Positions 38,539 through 52,816 are shown, counted from the stretch's first letter. The stretch: DNA of 64,000 nt from Kudoa neothunni (GCA_964304625.1 OZ199840.1:4614966-4678965), one strand, 5' to 3'. Numbers and translations: made by a program. Notes: generated by a model from the letters alone, not told the origin.

Positions 38539-41500
38539 AACTCTACTCGCTTTACGAATCGAATGCGGTCTCTAGACAAAATTAATCAGCAAAATTTAAC
38601 CTAATAGCCGATTATTGATCAAATGTTACACCATCAAAGCTGCTTTTGGCCGACTGAATAGAGTGGATGCAACGTTGGTTGATCACACCTAATCAAACCA
38701 CTTCCCACCTACTCCAATCTATCTACCTACCTTTCTTAGTAGAAAATTAACACTTACAACTACTTGGAATGTGATGTATTGCTGATGTTAGGTGTGGGTG
38801 TTCCAGAAGGAAGTACGTAAAATGCAGGAAGTTGTGATATAACGAAATCAACAAAAACAGAAATTCGACGAGTGTAACACTTGATAACGCTTCGTAGCTA
38901 GTGTTAGAAAAGTTTAATTACCTTGGTTTGATGTGTATAGAGAGAAAAGTGTGGAATCTGCTTCAACTAACAAGGTGAAAGTCGTCGTGCCGGAGCAATT
39001 AAATAACAAAGCCGAACGAAAATACTGTTTTAATCACCTCGCAGTTTTAATGAAGATTTTGTTTGTGATTATCAACCCAGCTGATGATACGATGTGATCG
39101 GTGGATTTTAATATAATTTTATAAGGACAAAAAAATTAATTAGATCTAGTTGATAGCGCAAATTGAAATTGTCAATGTAAAATCGGTATTTTGAGGCGTG
39201 CCCCTCTAAGCACGGGTTCCAATTGTTATCAACTAATAAAATCAGATAGATTTATGGTGATAATGATTTTATTGGATGGTGAATGTATTCACGTCCATCT
39301 AACTCAGTCAGTCAGGTGACCCACACAAACATCCCTTATCCAACTGTGATTGGTCGTCGTCGTCGTCGACAATTGGTAGTTAGCGTTAAATTTTTTGTTT
39401 GGTTTACTACTACATCCTTAATCTAACACGCACGTGCTACTCAACATACGCCAATCAACCTATCGGTTTATTCATATTTCGAAAAGCATCCTAATCAGGT
39501 TACCATCCAAAATCCACCCTCTCTCCAATATTGGATTATTGAATTTAATCCATTAAGGATTAGGTTGTGAAGTGTAATTAATCTCTTTAGTTTCATTCAT
39601 CGGACTGTTATATTTGCAACTTCCGGTGATAGTTAGAGGTGTGTTGGGTGGTTGGATTTCGAAATTGTCATCCTGTCAAACTTGTAACGTGTTATACCAC
39701 GTGTTAACTATACTAACTCTACAGGTGGAGATGATCATTTTCCGTATCACACTCAACCATCTTGAGTCATGAACATTGTTCTACACGTGTGTTACTCTTC
39801 ATCGTTAACTCTCCACTACTGTTATTATTCTCATTATATCACATTTATGAAAAGTGTGATTGCATCGTGTGAACGTTTTGGCAATCGAAATTTGCTATTT
39901 GTTCTTCATGTATAAACAACTACCGTTTCTATTCCCTTATCCTTTTTTCTATCTATCTAAACTCTTTTTTAACATCACATATCTTGTGATTATACTGCTA
40001 AGTCCCGTATTTCCTGTTGTACTACAGATGATTGTGTAGTTAAATTTTGTGTAATAATAAATTTACATTATGATACAGTAGTGTTATTAGTAACATATTG
40101 GCGATTGTCGTTTGAGTCAAGAAATAATTACTACTACTACTACTACTACTATTATTATTGTGGAAACTTTTAGAAAATTACTCAATTTAAATCGGGTTAA
40201 GTTTAGCCAAAGCAAAGAATGCGAATAAATCCGATATAATTCATTATTTAACTTTTTTATTTATGATCCACGTACACAAGATGCAAGACGCAACATGTGA
40301 GGTGATGCGAGATGCGGCTTCTCAAGAGATTTCGAGAGGGAACTTTTTCGTGAGGCCTTTCTTGCCTCGTTATTGTCATAGCAACTACTCGTGGTTCGAT
40401 TATTACTAAATTGTGTTTTATTTTTCAAATTATAACCTCAGTAACTATGAGTGAACGCCTTTGTTTTCGGTGCAATTTTTTTAGATTATTTATTGTTTTT
40501 TCTGAGAAATAACTCCATATAAACTCACACTCTCTGTATTATCACTCAATCACTTTTTAGTGTTGGAAATCATTTTACCTTGACAACGTCATAAATTGCT
40601 AGATTATCCATTCTTCTAAATTATTGTTAATTATTATTAATTGAAAAGAAATAATCGTCCTTTTCGTGAAGTGAGTCATTAACGTTAAATATTCTTTGAA
40701 ATTTGAAGTGAAGTGATTTATCTATTGTTTACTAATATCTACGTATGCATGGGAAATATTTTAATTATGAAGCTTACTTTTTATTTGGATAAGTTTCCGT
40801 TGTCAAATAACATCTATTTGTAGAATCGGAATTTTTTAATGCTTTCTGAACCCCCGCCAGTTGCGCCATTGAATATTACGCTTAATTTATAATATAGATT
40901 TGTTTATCTTGATATTTTTGATTGATTTAAAGCATAAATTGATACTATTGAACCTTTGGATGCAAGGATTTTAAAACATTCTACAAAATTTACCGACTTT
41001 ACTTGGAAGCTAAGTTCATATCTACTTAAAGTTGTATACTTATTTAAATATAATTAAGCTGCACCTCTCAAGGATGAACCAGGCGTAAAAGAAAGATACT
41101 GAGAGTAGTTTTATGAATAGTTGTTATTTGCTTATTCCTAAAAATATTTTAAGAATCTCTACCAACATCTGAATTGAGTTTATTAGCATTGATTAATATG
41201 ACTCCTTAGAATTCGTTAAGCACGTAACAGATCCCATTACGCAAAAATTTCTCGTATCCAACTTTCATGTCACTTAATTTGTTCCCTATCATCTAAGATT
41301 TACCCCCGGTCGAGAATCTCTCATTTAATGTATAAATGCCTTAAGAAAAAAGACTAAAGGTTTTTGCAATGCTCCGAATCAATTTAACCCTTGCAAATTC
41401 CATTTTTTTAAATATATTGTTACTAAGGTACTTAAAAGAAAAAATTAAAAATTTTAATTAGAGAAAATAATTTTATCATGCAAATTTTTTTAATTTTATT

Positions 41501-41849
41501 CATGTGCATTTAAATATACACTAGGATTAAAGGGTAAAAATGGTTGAAAATTTCAAAATAACTATTTTAGCATTAGATGTAATAATTAATTATTTTAATT
41601 ATGAAATTAATAAAAAAATGTTGACAAATAACCCTGAAACAGTATGCCTCAAAAAACCCATAATTTATTTAACTTTTCGTAGTAATAATATACCAATAGA
41701 TTTATATGATCAGTATAGTGCATTATTATATTTTGAAATTATTTTTTTACGCATTTTGGTTAGACATTTAATTTCATTAAGATTCGAAGAATAAAGAACA
41801 AAAATTTGCAAAAAATATACAATTAAACGTACGGACTAATTCAATATAA

Positions 41850-43450
41850 TCGATTTCGATTTTGATGAAATTCGTAGAAACAGCTCGCTTTACACTTAAA
41901 GAATTCGATTTTCGTGACTTATTTGACATAGTTCGTATTTATTGCATGTGGATGTGACTTTAGGGATATGCCCTCTACATTGTCGGATCGGATATCCTCC
42001 GAGAGACAGAGAGGAAGATATAATTTTCCGGCTTATTGAATTTTTCAGTTAATTATTTACTAATAGTGATGGTCTATCGCTCTTAACTTTATGTTCGTTC
42101 CCTTTTCATGAAATATTAAAGACTCACGAACTGAACTGGTGAAATTCATCATTATGTCTAATATTTCGCTCTCATTTATTCTTCGTGATTTACTGTTTTT
42201 CTTGTATAACAGCCAAGAGTTACTCATTGCTGCATTTATTTCCCAATAACATTTCTCATGTAATATTTACTATATTTATTGCTTAGAAGATAAAAAGATG
42301 ATAACATATTTGATGTATCCACTCCGTCTATATTTTTATTGTATTCAGATACAACATGAGGATATTTAATACTTAATTTGGACCATTTTTCTCGTCTTAC
42401 GATAGAATCATTTAATTTGTGAAACCGGTTTTCACATCAGACGCGTCAAAGCTAAGTAACAACTGATCCATCATATAAATGAGATAAAAGGATTCCGTTA
42501 TTTGAATCTTTTATATATTCATATAAATCGTGGCCTTTTTTTCTTTAACTCCTTTTCATTTGAAAATGGACATCCTCTACGTCGGTTAGATCCAATGGTC
42601 CAAGTGGAATAAATCAATCGTCCCTTTAGAATAAGTTGCATTGGTTACTTGATAAACCAATTATCAAATTAAACAAAGTATGCAGAATTATTAGGATGTA
42701 TTTCACATAATTTGATAACATAATCACCAGAAGAGAGATTACAACTTCTGGACACTTTCATGGGTGTTCCAGCATAAAGAAGGAAATCGTGAACTATACT
42801 AAAAACTCCACATCTAGTTAACATTTTAAACCCCCATTTGGTAGGCTTTTTAGATATACGTTTCTGTGAACAGCATCTACCTTTAAATGGTATCATTTGT
42901 TCATTTACATATAACTGACTTTCAAGTTGGATCATTAAGCAAGTTGATCTAAAGAGGTTTAAAAATGGTCTTATTTTCGAAAATCTATCAAGTTCATTAT
43001 AAGATTATTGGTGACCATCTCGTCATTGTTTTTGAAATAATCTCAAAATCTACTGCGTGTGAACACGAACCCAATAGCAACTGGTTCAAACTTAACATTT
43101 TTTTCGCTAACACCGATATCTAGGCATCCTTATTATATCCATTAAAATGAGAACTCAAATATAGCTTTCTAGTTCATTACTATCAATCTTGAAACAAGAA
43201 TTAGACTACCCGAAATAATGGTTTGTTTGGTTTGTTCAACTATCAAATCTATGAAGGATTCATTGATAAATTGGTTGAAGTAATCGATAAAATTAAAAAT
43301 TCCATTTATTTCCTCAAAATCAATAAAATCAATAATATCATCTAAAGTTAGTTTATCTATTTTCCAATTAAATTTGAAGTTCGAGTTGTATTTTTCTTCG
43401 TCAGTAACCTCATTATAGAAAATAGAGTAGTCATCGCGTTTTTCGAAAGT
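41850..43450 (-). mobile_element. Decayed piggyBac (PGBD3-like) transposase
   Basis: YVNEQMIPFKGR..KKPTKWGFKMLTRCG..IVHDFLLYAG, FDNWF, GTIGSNRRRGCP and YNKNIDGVD fragments, with many stops. Ends not resolved. Confidence 0.8.
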
Positions 43451-43979
43451 ATCGATATTTAGGTTTTATGAACGTATCTTGGGCTCCAAAATATCAGCAT
43501 GGGAAAAAATAATTATTTCTTGTTAAACTTTTCCATTTTTCGCAGATATGCCCAAAATATCGTAATCCATATCTTCAACACATGTGCCACGAGATCCCAA
43601 TGTAAATGTAAAAGCACAAGCTATAATACTCAAATAACTATTTATTTTTAAAACTTTTTTACAAAATACTCTTATGTATCTTATTATTCTTAATTAAAAA
43701 TTAAAATAATTGTTTACAGTTGACACTCATCAATTTTATGTGTGTAATTTTGAGCACGTTTGGAACTTGCTCAAAATATAGATGAAAACCTTAATATTTT
43801 CTTAAATTTTCAATGAAGATTTTTCATAATTTTAAATAGATGTTGTATACGCGCTAAACGCCAAAAGAAAAAACAAAATTAATCGAAAAGGCACGAGAGA
43901 GTCCCCTAGCAAAATATAGCATTGGTTTAAATAGGTCGAGGGGTTCTAAATCCCGATGCTGTCCGTGTCTTCATTTCTG

Positions 43980-44200
43980 ACAATTTGCACCACCGCTTTC
44001 GATGGTAAGATGGTTTCTTAATGTGGTCAATGTTGAGGGGTGTATTGGTCCCACGTTTCTTCACCAAATCGAAGGAACAGTGTAAGTGGTGTAATTCGTG
44101 GAGAAAAAGGGGGACCAAATACTCTTTGAATAAAGAAGGACACGGTTTCCAATTCTTACCTCAACGGCTGCAAGGGGGGTTCCGTTTTGGCGCCAATTCG
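43980..44200 (-). mobile_element. Possible LTR-retrotransposon integrase C-terminal remnant
   Basis: A GC-richer island. Minus-strand pieces VRIGNRVLLYSKS..WSPFF..Y.V and NIDHIKK resemble the GPY/F-type integrase tail. Short and frameshifted. Confidence 0.3.
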
Positions 44201-44350
44201 TGGAAAGCTCGAGACCCAACAATAGAAAAGACAATTAGATATTACTTATGATACATCAAAGATGTTGAATGAAACAGCGGTTAAGTATATTAACCTTCAA
44301 ATACTCGGGGGTGGCCACTGTGGCTATTCAGCACTTATTATATCAATACG

Positions 44351-44945
44351 GTAGTTAACCGATTTTTCGCACATTTTTCCACCTTTCATCCTATTTTTGC
44401 TCTGAAGAGCATGCGATAAAAATAGTTTTCCTTTAGTTGGATGACAAATTTGTAAAATATATATATATTTTCCGTCTCATTCTCCTTAAACTGTTTTTTA
44501 TTAATAAAATTGTGTTATCTATGATAAACATACATATTGCTTTACGATAATTCGAACTTCCGCGTGGATACAAATCCCATTCACAAACATTTACTGGCCA
44601 CTCTATCATGTTATTTCCTGTATTTTCTGAAGGTATTATTCTACGTCAAGAGAAATACGAGAATTATAATAAAATGATAATTCTAATTTTAATAGGTGTA
44701 GCAATATTAATAATAATTAGTGAAAACGTATTGACAAGAATTCTCTTTATCTTAGAGTACATGTCGCACATTCTATAATTTAGATTGGTTCATAAGGACC
44801 CCCAATTATACTGTAAACTGAATGTAATATATTATTTAATAATATAATTTAAATAAAAGGAGGGTAGAATAATATCGTTGTATAAATTGGCAAGGCGAAA
44901 CTAAGTTTCCCCCGTGTGGCGCTCGCACAAAAATCGGTTACCTAC
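44351..44945. mobile_element. Probable MITE with ~20-bp terminal inverted repeats
   Basis: gtagttaaccgatttttcgc (44351) vs the reverse complement of gcacaaaaatcggttacctac (44925-44945). No TSD resolved. Confidence 0.45.
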
Positions 44946-46219
44946 TTTAACTTTATCAAAATAATTTATTTCCTTTTCTCCTTAGGTGTATTTCATAGTA
45001 TAATGATGCTTTTAAAATTTTTAAATAATTGGGTTTTATGTTTAAAATCAAAACAAGAAAAAAAGTTACACGAATTACTGAACAGGCTCACCGTGACCAC
45101 CTTATAAATATTAACGTTTAGATAGTTAAAAATACACAAAAGATTTTCTGTAGTAAAATAAAAATTATAAATGTACTTTGAAGGAGGGAATTTTGTTTAA
45201 ATTAATTTTTTTATTTCTATAACTACTTGATTCTGTTAACTAATTTAATCTGGCATGTGAATCGCTCGGATCATAATAATTTTATAAAATACGTATCAAA
45301 AACAAGTAACAAGTCAAACATAGTAGTTTGAAGTTTAACCTAGACCATCGTATCATAACTAAAAATCGAAATCTAAAAATACGTAGACTCTATATATACA
45401 AATATATATATTTCTTATTCATAAATTAATTTATAATGCCAAATTTCAATTTATAAAGTACGAATTTATATATTTAACATATTTCCGTCAATATGGGAAG
45501 TAATTTCATAATACAATAATGGATTTTGATAATAAAATAAAATCCTAACTGTTAAAATAAGATTAATAATAATAATAATAAGAAGAAGAAGAAGATGAAA
45601 ATGTGAAAAATGAAGCAATAATAAAACAGTTCATTTCAAGTTTTCGTGTTATTTAACGTGTATACAAGCATACTTTTTCGTTTTCTTCGCATTTGAGCAA
45701 AAAACGTCAAATCAATGCATCATTTATTGATTTTTATTATTTTAATAAATATTTACATGTGATCGCAGAGACCACCTCCCGGTATTCGTATAATTTTTTT
45801 CCTCAGGTGTCCGAGAGTTAATAATAACTGGAACAATAGGAAAATCTAGAATGAATTATCTTAATTAAAATAATCAATCAGCTAAATTTCAAAATATGTG
45901 ATAATTTATCCTTTTTTTTATTTTAAATACAATCTAACAAAGAATCCTAAGGAACATTTTAAGCCTGACATCCTTACAATTTTTAAGGGTATGTGAAGAA
46001 TCCGCGCAAGAATGAACGTTTTTAAATCTATTACAATATATCAATGAATTGAACCTAAATCTATATTATTATCGAGATTATACTGAAATTGTCTAATAAT
46101 ACAAATAATATAAAAACAATTCAAAGTGTGGGAAATATATAGAGAAAATATTTAATTAATTATATACTATATTTGATAACTAACACTAATCACCCACGTA
46201 TTTTCTTTACTCTTAATAG

Positions 46220-48381
46220 CTATTTTTTATTCCTGTATTTGAAATAGGAACCTATTCCAACACCCACGATAACAACTGGTAGAATCACGGAAATAATTCT
46301 AAATATAAAGATTAAAATAATCAAAATTGATTATTAATACATCGTATTTTTGGATCTAAAAGAAATTAGAAACAATGTTGACATACCAAAAGTTACGTTG
46401 ATTTGTTTGAAGATTCGCCTATTAAATATTCATAATTAAAATCAACATCAAAATAATATGATGGTTACCTTGTTTTATTATTCCAACACCGTAGGTATTT
46501 GGATCTTCACTATAGAATAGAGTCAAATGGTAATCGTGTATATCTTCAACTTCTGTAATTGTGAATTCCTTGCAACCAAGTAATTGAGTGCAACCTTTAC
46601 CAACAACCATGCATTTTTTCACGATGGGATTTGAGGGTTCTTGCAATATCCTCTGCAAGGATAACTATCAACGCACATTGCACAAACATATGTATCTTTT
46701 CCTCTCGGGCTTAGATAGTAACCACATGTAATGTCGGTTTTGGAAATCGGCGTCTAAACAGCAAGTGCCTTAATAGATAGACTTGTATCTCGTATTGTTG
46801 GTGAAACAGTAGGAAATGTTTTTGTCTCGCTATTACCTAAATTAAATATATACGTAATCAATAGGGATTTTTATAATTTTACTCGTTCTGAAGAATATAT
46901 GTTCTTTAAAATCAGTTGGGATTTTATTGGTTTCTTCTTGTACATCCGTTGCTGCGGCAACTTCGAGAATATAAGGTTTTCCAGCATCAAGCTGTGATAT
47001 TGTTAACGCATCAGTACATGATCTGTTACATAGAGTACCCTCAGCATCGCATGTTGCTTCCATGCTCACAGTAAGCACTGGTTTATCAGCAGCGTAGTAA
47101 CTTACAACACACTGCGTAAACTTTGTATTGACAGTACCAGGATTAAATAAACGTACATTTAATGTGACACCAGTTTCTAAATAATTTGAGAGCAATTTTC
47201 TAGTGTTATCGACAGCATTAGTTTCCGTAATAACTAAAAGGGTATTATTTACAAAATTTAATAAATATTACCATATTTCTTTTGTATATAACCAGGATTT
47301 TCGATTCCTTTTTCTTGGAGGGGAAAATGTCTGGATTGAATTAAAATTTCAACTATCGTTTTTGATGCATCAAAGGTAAGTTCGACGTTGTCGCCTGGTG
47401 CATAACAATCTTTATTTTTCTCACCACAATTTGATTTGTAAACATTAGTATTATCTGTAGCACGTTCGGCTAAAGCTTCTTTAATATTAAATTTACAAAT
47501 TTCAAACGGAAATTTGTTAGTAAATTTAAGTAAATATTTAGTTTTATTTGGGTTGTTATATGTCACACAATACTGGGGTATATAAACACCCATGTTCATT
47601 AAAGTGTATCTATTTTGAAGTTTATACAAGAAACTTGGATAGTTCTCGCATTTAATTTCATAATAGGGTATCATTAAATCTAATTCTACTTCACTGTCGT
47701 CATCCACATCATTTGCTACGATACAACTATCACCAGCTGTTCCACCAGCATATTCAACCCCCTTGTAATATATTGGGCACGCAACTTTTTTGCATGTTAT
47801 TGTGCTAAAATTTCAATTTACGTTGAGCTGTAGTAGTTATTGTAACTTGTGGATTCACCAATAAAGCTAATCGAATCTTAAATAATTTCAAAAAAACATA
47901 AATTACGTGTCTCAAGTCCGAAGATAGTTGGGTCTGTAGTTTTTGTAGCAGCAGCACTATCTGCAACAAAAATGTTGACATATTTTGTTCTTGGTGAAAA
48001 TTTATCGTAGGTTAATCTTATATTGTTTCCTGTGCATGCTCTTACACATTTGTTATTACCATTGTGAGTATCATTTTCTGGGCACGTATCAGTTTCGTCA
48101 TAATCCCCACTAGCCTCATTTAACTTTTTTATATGACAAAAGTTTCCAGAAACATAAGCAGTACCGCTTAATACTAAATTAACACGCATTCTGTTTTCAT
48201 GTTCCATAATCTGATAGGTAAGAACATTAGATGTAGATGCTGAAGCTCTTGGTGCATCTTGTCTCCCTGTCTCAGTTAAGAAGGCGTTTCCACCTGATAC
48301 TTTATATAAAAATTCATAGTAAATCAAAAATTTACAAAACATCGCAATTAGAAGCCCTATTAAGTAGATAAAACCCTTCAT
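46220..48381 (-). pseudogene. Surface-protein family copy D: divergent pseudogene
   Basis: Same exon order, from signal peptide MKGFIYLIGLLIAMF to the TM exon ending YRNKK*. Three lesions: +1 T giving TAG at 47805-47807, TAG at 46754-46756, and an out-of-frame deletion at about 46642 fusing exon 5 (YPCRGYC) to mid exon 7 (EPSNPIV). Confidence 0.88.
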
Positions 48382-48449
48382 TTTAGTTTGTATAAACCTA
48401 GAACGAATATTATCGCTGTATTAGGAAAAAATATCTCGAATCGGTATAA

Positions 48450-50338
48450 CCTTCCGAGTGCTTTTGGGGTCTATTAGACCCCAGACCACATTAAAGATTA
48501 GTTTTACCCCTTCCAATTATCTAAATTTTCTAAAATTCAGTCTATTATTATAAAATTTCTTACACTGTATGCCTGCTAAATAAGTTATGAATTACCATTA
48601 ATGAATAAAAAATAAAATAAAAATTATACACTTGGTGTTTTTGGGGTCTAATAGACCCCAATATTTTATTTTATCATTTTATGTAAAAACTTATAATAAA
48701 ATGGAATTGAAAATATTGGACAAATCTATTGACGAAATATATTCCTCCGAGTATAATTCCGACTTTAGTGAAATCGTCAATTCCTCCGATTTTATTTATT
48801 CAGCCACTGATTTTTCTGAATATGATGACAATAACCTTACCTGGGCTACAGAAGCCTTAAAAACTTCCAAATACTAAAAGAAAATTTTTTAAGGAAGGCC
48901 TTTGATCTTAATAATGTTGCAACTCTTATTATATTTCATATACCTGATTTTTTGGCATATTTATAGATGGCAATTTCTACAGTAATGTTGCGTGTAATGC
49001 TATTAGGTTTGACTTTCATTATTATAATCAATGTTGCAAAGTGCTTTCAGTCATTGAAAATGGTTCTTACTGCAGTTAGAACATTGAGAGCTAATAAGAG
49101 GAATGTTCCGCGTATAATGAAAAAAATAAACCAAGGGAGTCATTTAGCACACTTTTTCTGTTTAATGAAAAGAAAATTATAGTCGCTAAAGTCCCTAAAA
49201 TAACAAGGATTTATTAATTTTAGCCAATTCAACAGCTTATACAAATATACTGAACGATGAAAAAAAGAAGCCAGGTAGCTTCGATTATTATAACAAAATT
49301 AAATGAGCTATTGATACAATTGATCGGATTTTCACCCCCACAAGCTTAAAAAGATATTCCATACGCAGGGCAGCAGTTATTCTTTGTAACATCGACATAA
49401 ATCTTTTAAACTCATTTTTCTTTACAAAATCATATTCAATGATGGAAAAATCAAAAGAGCCTAATTTTTAGGGAATCTCGCTAGCACGTTCCGTTCCTTC
49501 AGCAGTTCCTTTGCGCTAAATTTGTAACTTAATCAAGAACAGAAAATTCAAATATCACCAATATTGTTCCAAAAAATCCCATCAACAATGTACTATGTGC
49601 TGTAAGCCCAAGAAACAGTGATCGTAACACAATGCATATGTGTTGTATGTAGGAAACATTGCTGCGAAGAACATACCGAAAGTGCTTGTTTTAACAATTC
49701 ATTGGACACAAATAAATGTCTGGATTACATTGTAATTTTCATATTTTTGCGGAATGAGATTTCTGTTTTGACTTACGTAATAAATTGTTAGTTAGAGGCG
49801 ATCATAGATTTTATTGTAGATCTGATATAAATAATGATACTATCATTCCCTTAAAACCACAGATAATAATAGGGAAGGTCATAGAAAGCAAATTTTAACT
49901 TATACATTGATATATGTGTTTAAGTTGAACGTTGGCGACCTTTTTAGTCCATTTTGTTGGGAACTATTTTTCTGTTCCATAAAGTTTTAATCTAATTAAC
50001 TATATATGAGATAATTTATAACACATTATTTTAAATATTTTTGAAAGTTCTTCTTAAATAATATCTCGTAAAAAATTTTCTACGAGAATATATAGCTCTT
50101 AACATTGTTCGGACGGCATTGGGAAATTCCGCCATCTATGTTTTTTGCCAATATTGGGTGATTTTGTCGATAGAATTTTTTTATTTAGAATTTGCATCAT
50201 TTTCAAATAAATTTTAAAAAATCATTCAGATAGCGCGATTTTCGAATAAACGGGGTTCGACTGTATTAAATAAAAAAGTTAAGTCTAATAGACCTCCAAA
50301 GCACTAAATGTACAGTCGATTTTGAATCTCTCGGAAGG
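48450..50338 (+). mobile_element. Decayed piggyBac element with ATAA target duplication, inserted about 70 bp upstream of the copy D start codon
   Basis: ATAA at 48446-49 and 50339-42, CCTTCCGAG TIRs, and subterminal ggggtcta(a/t)tagacccc repeats (about 48465, 48642, 50282). Fragments include TLRANKRNVP, DYYNKIK*AIDTID and a C-terminal Cys cluster. Confidence 0.85.
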
Positions 50339-50589
50339 ATAAATAAATGTATGGCCGAAAAATACAAAATTTTGGGTTGATTTCTAAATATCGAGATAAT
50401 ATTGATTTTGGTTTTCTCATTAAACGTTTCACGTCGTTATTATTTGTGCCGCCTGATAAAGTTTCAGTCGGATTCGAAAAACTTTAATCTGAAGTTTTAT
50501 CCAATAAACTTCTGTAACGCAGTTCATAAAGCATCCCCCCCCCCGAGAATTTAACTAAAAATTTCACGTATGAAAGTATACAACGGAAA

Positions 50590-50860
50590 ACATAGATCTA
50601 ATTTTAAATTATGCCGAAATATTTCACCGCCACTTTTATGCTCGATTCGAGAAATCTCATTTTGGAATCGTAATCTTTTTGAAAAATTGTTAAAAAATTA
50701 AGCTATGATGAAGAGAGATAAATTTTCTGTTACGCGATCTAACCTTTAACAAAAATTCCAGATATAATGACAAATTAAAATATTTGAAAAATATTGGCTT
50801 CGATTAGGGTGGATACTATGTATTTAGAAAAAATCCCCAAAATATATAAATTATAACTTG
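50590..50860 (+). mobile_element. MULE transposase remnant related to 1..305
   Basis: aattatgccgaaatatttcaccgccacttttatgctcgattcg matches positions 34-76 (NYAEIFHRHFYARF vs NNAEIFHRHFYSRF). Confidence 0.6.
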
Positions 50861-51249
50861 AAAAGAGAAATATATATCTAACTTAATATTTTTACCGGGA
50901 TTTTAAATACTTTTATCATTCCAATATATTTATGCGCGTGTATTGTATAGGCGAATTTTCGCTTTGCGAAATTAATCGCTTAATTTGTATTTTGATACAA
51001 ATTTTATTCAAAAATATCTATATATTATATCCAATTAAATGTTGGGTGCATATCAATCAAAAGTAATTGAAAATTATTTCAACATTTTCTTTATGAACCT
51101 ATATAAGTTGGAGATTATAAGTAAGGTTGGCGATTTTCGGCGTTTATTTTTTTATAAATCGACGGTTTTAATCGTTTAAAATAAGTAAAAATTTAAAATC
51201 GTTCAATATCGACCTAAATATTGACTAATAAGTAATATTATAGTTGAGA

Positions 51250-52816
51250 TTTACTGTGAGGAACCATTGAAATTTAACACTGATAACATCGCGAGGAGTT
51301 CATCTGAAAGATTCATCCTTTCTTTGCCATAAACATACCTTAATTTTGAAAAGCTCCTTTAGATGTTGATGGGTGGGTCTGATTCTTTCAAAATTTTGCA
51401 GAGGGAATCATTATTTTTTAATTTCAGACTTTTTGTTTATCTCTAATGATAAATAAGACGAGAAATCTCAACCTTTTCGATTTTATTTTTATTTTTCGGA
51501 TCAATTTCTTTAATCGTGTAGAAAAATGTAGTCGATGGCAAACAACGGTTAACACTATTTGATACTGACTGGTGAATCTCGTAAACAATTTTAGAACAGA
51601 AACTCACTGTTTTTATCATTAATTAACTTCTAGATTAAGATGGAATAAGTCCAAGAATATCGTTGTAAACTGTGATTATATCCTTCGGTTTAAACCCAGT
51701 CATCTTTTATCCAATCAGCAATACTTGAAATAGAGCAGTTTTCTTCAGTTTCGATGAATATAGAGAATTTGAACAATGATGTTAGTTCATCCATTAAAAT
51801 ATTTTATATACAATAAAATATATTGTAATTTTCTGGATAAATTTTAATTATTGAGTTTAATTTGTTTTCCTGTTTCAATATTTTTAGTTTCTTTGAAGAA
51901 ATCAATGACTGCAAGATAGTAGTCTTTTATCTGTTTTAAACAGTTAAAGAAACTATACCATCGTGTGTCCAAAACACGAGGAATTTCCTTCGTTGTTTGG
52001 AAGCTATTTTTAAGGTGAACCCAAAACTTCCTATTATAATCCTTTTTATTTTTCGGTAAAATATTCATTTGTAGTCTTTTGAACTGCCAAATGAATAATG
52101 TGTGAAAAACATGGAATTCTGATGATAGTTGGATATATGGTTCTCAAATCCTTAGAATACTTTTTCATGTACTGTGCTGAGTTAGAAACAATCGCAATGC
52201 ATTTATCCCAGTTTAAGTCGTGTCGATTTAGTACGCTGGATATGTGTTCAGCTATGGTTAAGGATTTGCACTGAACTAGCCTCGAAGAATCACGCAGTAT
52301 AGTTCTCCGTTTACCAGTAACACAATCATGACAAGAAGCTAACGTATTGAAAATCGGCCTATTTTTCGAATCAGGAGACTCATCAATTATTAACCTAAAT
52401 CGTAAAACCCTCATCACTGATTTATTGTTAATGACACCTTCTTGGAATACAACCGAAAGATGTTTATCAATCAATGTTTTTCCATCTGGCAAGGATCTTG
52501 ACACTGGGCAATACTTAGAAATGAACCCTCTCAAGTTACTCTTTTTACTAATTGCATCAAATGGAGGGCCGTATAAAATTACATTCTTCACCAAATCGAT
52601 TTCAGTATCACTTAATTTCGATCTGTCGAGAATTCGAATTTTTTTCAAGGGTATTGTTTTAAGAGCATTTGACCTTACTGACAAATGTTTCTGTGAATTG
52701 AAATATTCTTGAATTCTGTTTTGTTTAAGCGTCAATAGAATCTTGCAATATTTACAAGACAAGGAATCGCCAACAACCTCTAAATAACTAGTAATATCAT
52801 GGCGCTTCATACCCAT
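51250..52816 (-). mobile_element. Degenerate hAT-type (DUF659/CGGBP1-like) transposase
   Basis: N-terminal CKYC..SQKH zinc-finger remnant, LIIDESPD, IVSNSAQYMKK, IPCFSHIIHL, DTRWYSF and a C-terminal RSFSKL..YGKERMNLS. Frameshifts and stops are present. Confidence 0.75.
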
